Of a stretch of 32,000 nucleotides of DNA, positions 1 through 8,659 are shown one piece after another. This DNA comes from Schaalia meyeri. GTDB taxonomy: Bacteria > Actinomycetota > Actinomycetes > Actinomycetales > Actinomycetaceae. The position numbers and the translations under genes are program-made. The stretch is taken from positions 390,001-422,000 of the forward strand of contig NZ_FNLK01000005.1 of the NCBI RefSeq assembly GCF_900105015.1, read 5' to 3'. The notes below the pieces were generated by a model. The model was given only the letters and a program-made list of their open reading frames with translations. It searched no databases and had not been told where the DNA came from. Numbering within the stretch: position 1 is the stretch's first letter; every line of letters starts with the position of its first letter.

Positions 1-28
1 GGCGACGCGAGGCATCGGCGCCTGAAGT

Positions 29-56
29 GGCACGTTCCCCGCACGGGGCGCGTGCC
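29..56. terminator. Imperfect GC-rich hairpin, possible terminator downstream of the HAD-IIB gene
   Basis: GGCACG(29-34) tt CCCC gcac GGGG cg CGTGCC(51-56). It sits 46 nt beyond the minus-strand stop at 102-104. No obvious U-tract, so this is a weak call. Confidence 0.25.
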
Positions 57-101
57 GGAGCTGGCATCCTTGCCCCGGCCTCGTTCCTTCTTCGTAGCTC
101 C

Positions 102-884
102 TCAGCTCATCGAATCTACGATCTGATCGATCACCTCAACGCACTCTTGCCAGCCTGACACGGCGCGCGTCGCGTAGCCGGCGGCCTTGACGGGATAATC
201 GTTTCCCGCCGGATCCAGGCGGTCCCCGATGAACAGCATCTGGGAGGCGCCAATGCCCGTTTCCTCGACCAGCTTCCCCATTCCAAAGGCCTTGTCGATG
301 CCGCGCGTCGTGATGTCGACCGAGGTCGATCCGCCGCCGCGCACGTCAAGCTCGGGCACGTCGGGGGCCACGGCATCGCGAAGCGCCGCCTTCTTCGACC
401 CATCCGGATCCCACGCCCTCTTGGCGTCGAGCGGGGCCTCCTGGCCCAGCGCCGAGAACGTGATCTGCGAACCGCGGTCCTCGATGATATGTCCCCACGG
501 GCGTTCCTCCCACAGGCCGAGCTCGCGGGCGTGGCGTTCGAGCGAGGCGACCGCGCGTGCCGCAACCTCGGGCTCCAGGTCATAAGCGTAGCGCTGCACC
601 CAGGTGCCGCCCTCGAAACGGTAGTAGCGCGTACCGCACGTCGGCATCAGGTGAAGGCGCGAAAGTTGCTGGTGAGAGGCGTGAAGGTTGTCCAGCACCT
701 GGGCTTGGAACTGCCCCATCTGTCCGCCGGAAATAATGCACACATCCACGTGATCCAGCAGCGAGCGCAGCGCGACGTCCATGGGGGCGGGCAACGGCGA
801 CTTCGATGGAGCCAGCGTGTCGTCAAGATCAAAGGCAACGAGCTTCACGGATGACACCCTACCGGCTCGCCGCCTGCCCGTCAT
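102..884 (-). CDS. HAD-IIB family hydrolase (phosphomannomutase-like fold)
   Basis: 260-aa ORF with HAD motif I VAFDLDDTL, motif II IISGG, and motif IV FIGDRLDPAGNDYP. ATG 884 would overlap the upstream small ORF (stop 859-861). The in-frame GTG at 848 puts the DxD motif about 7 residues from the start and removes the overlap, so the true start may be 848. Confidence 0.8.
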   Translation of the reverse strand: MTGRRRAGRVSSVKLVAFDLDDTLAPSKSPLPAPMDVALRSLLDHVDVCIISGGQMGQFQAQVLDNLHASHQQLSRLHLMPTCGTRYYRFEGGTWVQRYAYDLEPEVAARAVASLERHARELGLWEERPWGHIIEDRGSQITFSALGQEAPLDAKRAWDPDGSKKAALRDAVAPDVPELDVRGGGSTSVDITTRGIDKAFGMGKLVEETGIGASQMLFIGDRLDPAGNDYPVKAAGYATRAVSGWQECVEVIDQIVDSMS

Positions 885-1020
885 CGACAGTGCTGCGCGC
901 GGCCTTATTTTCCTCTTCCGTTGGGACGGGCAGAACCTGCAGCATCACGACGGATGCTACCAGGCCGCCCCACACGAGCAGAATCGTCAGGACCATCAGG
1001 GCGATAGCGGGGGCACTCAC
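859..1020 (-). CDS. Small single-TM protein (53 aa), MetS-like small subunit of the adjacent NSS transporter
   Basis: Hand translation: GTG 1020-1018 overlaps the transporter stop TGA (1019-1017) as GTGA. Product VSAPAIALMVLTILLVWGGLVASVVMLQVLPVPTEEENKAARSTVDDGQAASR, stop TAG 861-859. One hydrophobic helix with a VWGGL core, then an acidic tail. About three quarters of codon third positions are G/C. It is below the 60-aa cut-off, so it is absent from the ORF track. Confidence 0.55.
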   Translation of the reverse strand: MSAPAIALMVLTILLVWGGLVASVVMLQVLPVPTEEENKAARSTVDDGQAASR

Positions 1021-2591
1021 TCGTTCTCTCCTTCACCAAGAGCGGATTCTGCGCCTTCATCCGCGAGGATCCGGGCGACCGTCGCATGCGGATTCACCCG
1101 GCGGTGCTTCCACGGGACGAACGTCAGGACGAGAGCCGCGAGGATGGCGACGAGCACGGAACCCCAGCCGAAAATCATCACGAATGACTGCCTGTACGAG
1201 CCGTAACCGTCGGCGATCAGCGCGACGAGGGACATCGTCATCATGACGAAGAGAACCACGGGAATGACGATGCCGACGAGGTGCTCCCACAGCTTGGGAA
1301 CCTTCACGCTGGACACCGAATTCAGGTGGGCGCGCAGACCGCTCAACCCAGGTCCTGCGAGCGCGCACAAGAGGGCGAAAAGAATCGCGGAGGAAACGAC
1401 GCCGATCGAGTTGATGAAGTTGTCGACGATATCCAGGTTGTTCAGCCCGGAGCGCGTTCCAAAGAGCGCCAGCGAGATAACCGTGGCGGGAATGCCCAGG
1501 ACCAGCGCCGACCGTGGGGGCGACCAGCCGAACTTGTCCTGGAGGCCTCCGGACACGACCTGCAGCAGGGACAGCAGCGACGTGACGCCGGCCAGCACCA
1601 GGGACGAAAAGAAGAGAACGCCGAAGATGGGGCCGCCCGGCATCATCGAGATGATCTTCGGGAAGGTCACGAAGGACAAGATGGGGCCGGACAGCCCCTC
1701 CACCCCGGACATGGCCACGCCCCGCTGATGGGCCATGAACCCGACGGCGCTGAACACGCCGATGCCCGCGAGGATCTCGAAGGAGGAGTTCGCGAATCCC
1801 GCGACCAGCGCGGTGCCCGTCAGGTTCGACTTGGGCTTCAGGTAGGAGGCGTAGGTCAGCATGATGCCGAAGCCCACGGACAGGGAGTAGAAGATCTGGG
1901 CGAATGCGGCCAGCCACACCTGCGGGTTGGCCAGAGAGGACCAGTTGGGGGTGAAGAACGCGTTGAGTCCCTCGGTCGCGCCGGGCAGGAAGAGGGCACG
2001 AACGACGAGGGCTAAGAAGAGCACCACCAGCAGCGGCAGGAAGATTTTGTTGGCCGCCTCGACCCCCTTGGACAGGCCGCGGCCGATGACCAGGAGCACC
2101 AGGATCCACACCAGCGCCAGGGGAATCATGACGGGCCACGCGGGAGCCCACGAGAAGGTGGTGCCGTCCACGACCTGCAGGAAGCTATCGGTAAAGAAGG
2201 ACGTCGGCTCCTCACCCCAAGCGGTGTTCACGGAGTAGATCGTGTACTCCACGCTCCACGCGAGCACCGCGCCGTAGTAGACCATGATGACGAAGCACAC
2301 GAATGTCTGGAACCACCCGACGAACTCGCCGCCTCCGATCACCTTGCGCAGGGCCCACGGCGGTGAACCGCGGAACTTGTGGCCGACCGCGTAGTCGAGC
2401 CAGAGCATGGGGATGCCCACGAAGACCAGGGCAACCAAGTAGGGCACCAGGAAGGCGCCACCGCCGTTGGAGTATGCGACGCCGGGGAAACGCCAGATGT
2501 TTCCCAGGCCGATCGCGGAGCCGATGGCCGCCAGCAGGAAGCCGGTCTGGCCGCTCCACGAGTCGCGCGCCCGGGGCGCTGAGGATGACAT
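1017..2591 (-). CDS. Sodium-dependent transporter, neurotransmitter:sodium symporter (NSS/SNF) family; possibly a MetP-like amino-acid importer
   Basis: 524-aa ORF with the NSS signature GFLLAAIGSAIGLGNIWRFPGVAYSNGGGAFLVPY at the N-terminus and many hydrophobic segments. AAGGAA lies 8 nt upstream of ATG 2591. Confidence 0.9.
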   Translation of the reverse strand: MSSSAPRARDSWSGQTGFLLAAIGSAIGLGNIWRFPGVAYSNGGGAFLVPYLVALVFVGIPMLWLDYAVGHKFRGSPPWALRKVIGGGEFVGWFQTFVCFVIMVYYGAVLAWSVEYTIYSVNTAWGEEPTSFFTDSFLQVVDGTTFSWAPAWPVMIPLALVWILVLLVIGRGLSKGVEAANKIFLPLLVVLFLALVVRALFLPGATEGLNAFFTPNWSSLANPQVWLAAFAQIFYSLSVGFGIMLTYASYLKPKSNLTGTALVAGFANSSFEILAGIGVFSAVGFMAHQRGVAMSGVEGLSGPILSFVTFPKIISMMPGGPIFGVLFFSSLVLAGVTSLLSLLQVVSGGLQDKFGWSPPRSALVLGIPATVISLALFGTRSGLNNLDIVDNFINSIGVVSSAILFALLCALAGPGLSGLRAHLNSVSSVKVPKLWEHLVGIVIPVVLFVMMTMSLVALIADGYGSYRQSFVMIFGWGSVLVAILAALVLTFVPWKHRRVNPHATVARILADEGAESALGEGENE

Positions 2592-2893
2592 GGGCTACGT
2601 TCCTTGCATTCGTTTTATTCGGGATAATTCCCAGTCAGACTAGGGCTCGCGCACCCAGGTGTCAGCATAAGTCCACGATATAGAACGTGCTTTTGCCCTC
2701 TATTTGACCGGATCCGGGCGGGTACGGACGGGGAGCGCGCGTGAGGCCCGGCGGTGCCGTCACCGAAGGGCTGGGGCATCGGGCCGGGGTGAGAAAGAGC
2801 GCGGCGCCTCAGACGATGGGCAGCGGCGCGTCGATTGCGACGAGGAGCGCCCCTGCGCGGTGCAAGGGGTCGCCGCGCCCGGCAGGAGGCCCG

Positions 2894-4350
<1,457 letters not shown>

Positions 4351-4381
4351 GGCGCTGCGGCCCGACCAGCGGTAGCCGCGC

Positions 4382-5392
4382 TCAGTTGAATCCGACAACC
4401 GCTCCCGCGACCTTATAGCCCGCGCGCACGACCGCGGGGGAGGCGTGACGCACCAGGCCCGCCAGAAGATCTTTGCGCAGGCGCTGCGTGGCCTCCGGGC
4501 TGATCTGGTCCATCGTCTCCCAGATCTCCTCCTTCAGCGCCAGGTGTTCGGGGGTGCCCGAGAGCTGAGCCATGACGGAGCACACGACCGCATTGATGCG
4601 TAGGTAGTGCACCATGTATCGCCACAGCTTGTCCTCCACCTCGGCGCGCACCGGCAGGGCCTCCGTCATCGCGCGGTTCACCCTGGCCAGCTGATCCAGG
4701 CGAGTGATCATGACCTTCTCGTTGACGGATTGGTCGTCGCGCCCGATGAAGTAGCGATACAGGTTAACGTCCAGGTATCGGATCGTGCGCACGCATGGCA
4801 GGGGCACGAACGAGTACAGGTAGTCGACGTAGAAGGTGTGCTCGGGCATCACTAGGCCCGAGCGTCGCACGACCTCGGTGCGCATGGTCAGCGCGTGCAT
4901 CATGAGGTACTGGTCGTAGCGACAGCGCCCGAGCTCCTCCCACCCGAAGGTACGCCCGCGCGGCAGGACGGTGCGGTAGCGGATGGCGACCTTATGGGCC
5001 TTGCCCTGCTTTTCGTAAACGTAGTTGGTGACGAGCAGGTCCAGGTCACGCCCGGCCTCGCGTTCCTCGCGCAGCACGTCCAAGACGGCGTTGGCGGCGC
5101 GCCGGTCCAGCCAGTCATCGGAGTCTACGACGCGCACATGCGTGCCCGTGGCGGCCGCCAGACCCGCGTTGACCGCGCCGCCGTGTCCTTTGTTCTCCTG
5201 GTGGATGACGGTAACGGAGTCGTATCGGGTGGCCCAGTCGTCGGCGATCTGAGCCGTGCGGTCCGTCGAACCATCGTTGACAATGATCGCCTCGAGTTCG
5301 TCACCGTATCCGACGAGCGTGGTCAGCGCCCGATCGAGGTAGTCCTCGGAGTTGTATGCGGGCACGATCACGGTCAGCAGTGGCGCGCTCAT
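4382..5392 (-). CDS. Glycosyltransferase family 2 (candidate galactofuranosyltransferase by context)
   Basis: 336 aa with GT-A motifs VIVPAYNSEDYL, IIVNDGSTDRT, NKGHGGAVNAGL and the DxD-like VVDSDDWL. AGGAG lies 6 nt upstream of ATG 5392. It is immediately upstream of glf on the same strand. Confidence 0.85.
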   Translation of the reverse strand: MSAPLLTVIVPAYNSEDYLDRALTTLVGYGDELEAIIVNDGSTDRTAQIADDWATRYDSVTVIHQENKGHGGAVNAGLAAATGTHVRVVDSDDWLDRRAANAVLDVLREEREAGRDLDLLVTNYVYEKQGKAHKVAIRYRTVLPRGRTFGWEELGRCRYDQYLMMHALTMRTEVVRRSGLVMPEHTFYVDYLYSFVPLPCVRTIRYLDVNLYRYFIGRDDQSVNEKVMITRLDQLARVNRAMTEALPVRAEVEDKLWRYMVHYLRINAVVCSVMAQLSGTPEHLALKEEIWETMDQISPEATQRLRKDLLAGLVRHASPAVVRAGYKVAGAVVGFN

Positions 5393-5473
5393 GAGATCTC
5401 CTATCGATAGCCTCCCCGTAGTCTACTGCGCGTCGCTTACCCGCGCGTCTCCCCCGGGCTCCCGCTTTTCACT

Positions 5474-5507
5474 CACGGAGAGAACGGGGAGAAGATCCAC
5501 GGAGAGA
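5474..5507. repeat. Direct 10-bp repeat CACGGAGAGA x2 (5474-5483 and 5498-5507) in the divergent GT2/HAD intergenic region
   Basis: Read directly from the sequence. The copies are spaced 24 bp start to start and are purine-rich on the plus strand. Function unknown. Confidence 0.5.
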
Positions 5508-5658
5508 GGGCCGAGAAATGCTCCTGTGCCAGGAGATGCGCGAGGCAGCCGCCTCCATTTACCGGGGCGTGGGAGCGTTTTCGCGAGGACGCGTAATTCG
5601 TCGGTTACGCACCCCCATTCGCGCCTGGGCCACGCATCGGCTGGGATAAGATGCTGGC

Positions 5659-6558
5659 ATGAGCCAGACAACGGGTTATTCGTGCGGTGAGAGCGGGGCC
5701 GCCTGGCCCCACGCCGTGTTTGTCGACATTGACGGGACCGTGTGCGATTCCCGCCAGCGTGTTCCCGATTCGGCTGCGGGGGCGCTGCGCGAGGTGCGCG
5801 AGCGCGGACATCGACTGTTTGCCTGCACCGGTCGGTCGGTGCCGGAGGTGTACCCGCGCTTTTGGGAGCTGGGCTTCGAAGGGCTGGTGGGCGGCGCGGG
5901 AGGCTACGCGGCCGTCGGCGAACAGGTGCTGCTGGATCAGCGCATGCCCCGCCGCGACATCGAAGCGCTGACGCAGCTGTGGGACTCTCTGGATGCCGCG
6001 TACGTGTGGCAGGGTCCCGATCAGATGGGACCGTGCGACGGATACCTGGAGTTCTTCGTGCCGGGAGCCGGCGTGGAACCCGACGACTGGGCGGAGTACG
6101 CCCAGTCGGTCACGCCGTTTATCGTGGATATCGAAACCGGTTCCTTTACGAAGGTGACCGCCTACGTTCCCCCCGCACGCGCGTCGCTGAAGGGCGTGCA
6201 GGAGGCGCTGCCGGAGGGGTACCGCGCGATCGTCGGGTCGGTTGGCGCGGGCGGGTACATCCCCTTCGAGGTTCTCCCCACGCACCTGTCGAAGGCCGTG
6301 GGAATCCGCGCGGTGTGCGAGCACGTGGGAATCCCCCTGTCGAGGAGCGTCGCGATCGGGGATTCAAATAACGACGTCGAGGCCGTCGCGGCCGCCGCTA
6401 TCGGCATCAGCATCGGCAGCGGGTGTCAGGCGTTGGTCGAGGTCGCCGACATCGTCGCCCCGCCGGTCGGGTCGGACGGGCTTTCCTGGGCGCTATCCGC
6501 CGCCGGACTGGTCGGCTCTGGTTGGGACGGGGGCCGAGGCCTCGGCGATCGGGAGTGA
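5659..6558 (+). CDS. Cof-type HAD-IIB phosphatase (sugar-phosphate phosphatase-like)
   Basis: 299 aa with motif I VFVDIDGTVCDS, a C2 cap-like middle region, and motif IV AIGDSNNDVEA. The RBS at ATG 5659 is weak, so the start is uncertain. Confidence 0.8.
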   Translation: MSQTTGYSCGESGAAWPHAVFVDIDGTVCDSRQRVPDSAAGALREVRERGHRLFACTGRSVPEVYPRFWELGFEGLVGGAGGYAAVGEQVLLDQRMPRRDIEALTQLWDSLDAAYVWQGPDQMGPCDGYLEFFVPGAGVEPDDWAEYAQSVTPFIVDIETGSFTKVTAYVPPARASLKGVQEALPEGYRAIVGSVGAGGYIPFEVLPTHLSKAVGIRAVCEHVGIPLSRSVAIGDSNNDVEAVAAAAIGISIGSGCQALVEVADIVAPPVGSDGLSWALSAAGLVGSGWDGGRGLGDRE

Positions 6559-7877
6559 GCGCTTCGGTTCGTCGGTGGTTGCGTCACCCGCTGACGCGCA
6601 ACTCAGCGTTTATGCACCTGTGGGCCGGACAGACCGCCGCGCAGGTCGGCTTTCAGGTCGGCACGCTCGCCACCTCGGCGATAGCCATCACGGTGCTGGA
6701 TGCGAGCGAATCGCAGATCGGCGCACTCTTGGGGCTGCAGACCCTGGCCTTTTTGCTCGTCGGGCTTCCGGCGGGGGCGTGGGTGGACGGATGGCGGAAG
6801 CGCCGCGTCATGATCGCCGCGAACCTCGCGCGCATCGGGGCGCTCGTGTCGATACCGGCGGCCTACGCGTGGTTCTCGCTGACTCTTACTCACCTGATGA
6901 TCGTCGCTGCGCTCTTGGGGCTGTCGACGGTCTTCTTCGATGTCGCCTACCAGTCCTACGTGCCCGCGATCGCCTCGCGGCGCTACATCGGGGCCGCGAA
7001 CGGCCGGCTCGAAGCCTCGTATCAGGTGGGCCGTGCGGGGGGACCGGGCGTGGGCGGCTGGCTCCTGGGTGCCATCGCCCCTCCCCTGGCGTACCTGATC
7101 ACCGCGTCAACCTACGCGTTCTCCACGTGGGCGATCTGGCGTATTCGGACACCGGAGCGGGGGCCCGAGCGTTCCGACTCCTCGCTTCTCGCCCAGATCC
7201 GCGAGGGGCTGAACTTCGTGCGAGGACAGCCCCTGCTGTTGCCTCTTTTTTCATGTATCGCCTGCGCCGCCTTCGCTGGCGCGGGCGTGCGGGCCCTGTT
7301 GCCCATCCTCGTGCTCCGAACCCTGGGGATGAGCGCCACGCAGCTGGGCCTGCTCCTGAGTGCCGGAGCGGTCGGCGGGATTCTGGGAGCGCTGTCGCGC
7401 CCCGCGTGGATTTCCCGCCTGGGTATCGGTCGTTGCATTGTCATCACCAACATCGTCGGTGTCGCCTCCCTGATGGCCCAACCTGCTTCCGTCCACGTTC
7501 CCGACGTCGCCTCGTGGGTGATCGCCGGCGCGGGCGTCATCTCCTCCTATTTCCTCACCGTCTACAACGTCACGCAGATGAGCCTGCGCCAAGAGATTTG
7601 CCCGCCGCAGATGCTCGGGCGGATGAACGCGATATTCCGGTTCGCCGTCTGGGGTGTCATGCCGCTGGGGTCATTCGTCTCCGGCGTCGTCGCCACGTGG
7701 GTGGGCGTCGAGGCCGCCATGTATGTCTTCACGGGGACGGCCATCACAGCGGGTATCGCCATGGCTTTCACGCCGGCGACTCGCATCCGAGGGGGCAGCG
7801 CCGCCCCGGGCGTCTCACAATGTGACGCGTACCAGCCGTGCAATCGCACCGACGATGGTCGCTCCGCGATACCATGA
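6555..7877 (+). CDS. MFS transporter, MFS_3 (EntS-like exporter) type
   Basis: Multi-TM ORF. The N-terminal RNSAFMHLWAGQTAAQVGFQVGTLA and GLPAGAWVDGWRKRRVMI resemble the MFS_3 family. The longest ORF (from 6423) overlaps the HAD gene. The in-frame GTG 6555 overlaps the HAD stop as GTGA and is the likely start. Confidence 0.8.
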   Translation: MSASVRRWLRHPLTRNSAFMHLWAGQTAAQVGFQVGTLATSAIAITVLDASESQIGALLGLQTLAFLLVGLPAGAWVDGWRKRRVMIAANLARIGALVSIPAAYAWFSLTLTHLMIVAALLGLSTVFFDVAYQSYVPAIASRRYIGAANGRLEASYQVGRAGGPGVGGWLLGAIAPPLAYLITASTYAFSTWAIWRIRTPERGPERSDSSLLAQIREGLNFVRGQPLLLPLFSCIACAAFAGAGVRALLPILVLRTLGMSATQLGLLLSAGAVGGILGALSRPAWISRLGIGRCIVITNIVGVASLMAQPASVHVPDVASWVIAGAGVISSYFLTVYNVTQMSLRQEICPPQMLGRMNAIFRFAVWGVMPLGSFVSGVVATWVGVEAAMYVFTGTAITAGIAMAFTPATRIRGGSAAPGVSQCDAYQPCNRTDDGRSAIP

Positions 7878-7927
7878 GTGTGAGGAAAACCGCAACGATT
7901 TCGGTGAAATGAGCCAAGGAGGACGCC

Positions 7928-8158
7928 ATGAGCACCGCAACGACCATCATCGATGCCCTGGGCGGGTGGGACAACATCTCTAATCTCGAAGCCTGCATCA
8001 CGCGTATCCGCCTCGACTGCGCGAACACGGACCTCATCGACGAGGCGAAGCTGCGTGCTGCGGGAGCCTTTGACGTCGTCATCGTAGGAGATGCCGTCCA
8101 GGTCGTCATGGGACCCGACTCCGAGGACCTTGTCGCACAGATGAAAGCGAGCCGGTGA
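7928..8158 (+). CDS. Free-standing PTS EIIB domain protein (glucose/sucrose class)
   Basis: 76 aa: IIDALGGWDNISNLEACITRIRLD, containing the canonical phospho-Cys motif C-I-T-R-I-R. AAGGAGGA lies 6 nt upstream of the ATG. Confidence 0.85.
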   Translation: MSTATTIIDALGGWDNISNLEACITRIRLDCANTDLIDEAKLRAAGAFDVVIVGDAVQVVMGPDSEDLVAQMKASR

Positions 8159-8634
8159 CTCTGGTCGTCCGCGCGCCCTTCGCCGCGAGCATCCTGCCCC
8201 TGGCACACGTGCCCGACCCCGTTTTTGCCAGCGGCGTCGTCGGACACGGCATCGCCCTTGAGCCGCGATCCGATGCTCAGTGCGTGACCGCCCGCTCCCC
8301 CGTCAACGGGGTGGTCACCAAACTGAAGCCGCACGCGGTCATCGTGACGTCCACCGGTGGCTTCTCGATTCTCGTTCACCTCGGGATCGACACCGTCAGC
8401 CTACGGGGCAAGGGCTTCGCCGCGCTGGTTGACGAAGGCGACGTCGTCACCGCCGGGGATCCGCTGATCCACTGGGATCTCGCGCCCTCCCGAGCCGCGC
8501 GGCTGCCCACCTGCGTGCCGGTCATCGTCGTCAACCCGCCGGACGCACCCGTCGTACCCTCCCCGGACGCTCGGGAAAGCGCGTGCGCGGCGCTCGCGCC
8601 GCTGTACGCGGTGACCGCGGCCGAGCAGCTGTAG
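8155..8634 (+). CDS. crr: PTS EIIA-Glc domain protein
   Basis: 159 aa: VPDPVFASGVVGHGIALEP, KPHAVIV and ILVHLGIDTVSLRGKGF, so both catalytic His contexts are present. The GTG start overlaps the EIIB stop as GTGA. Confidence 0.85.
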   Translation: MTLVVRAPFAASILPLAHVPDPVFASGVVGHGIALEPRSDAQCVTARSPVNGVVTKLKPHAVIVTSTGGFSILVHLGIDTVSLRGKGFAALVDEGDVVTAGDPLIHWDLAPSRAARLPTCVPVIVVNPPDAPVVPSPDARESACAALAPLYAVTAAEQL

Positions 8635-8659
8635 TCTCGCAGCGCGTGGCCCCGAGCGG

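Noticed and set aside
1-101. Possible 3' end of a plus-strand gene (frame ending TGA at 23-25)
   Set aside because: Only 7 codons are visible, which is too short to support any call.
2592-2893. Possible riboswitch or leader upstream of the NSS transporter (for example SAM or glycine class), in the 300-bp gap after glf
   Set aside because: Reading the minus-strand sequence, I could not recognise conserved cores of any riboswitch class I know. There is only an AT-rich promoter-like patch and an RBS. A covariance-model scan (Rfam/Infernal) would be needed to exclude one.
6242-7825. 527-aa plus-strand ORF overlapping the MFS gene
   Set aside because: It is an alternate frame of the MFS transporter. 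The sequence is Arg/Pro/Gly-rich and lacks hydrophobic helices, whereas the called frame shows the regular TM pattern and MFS motifs.
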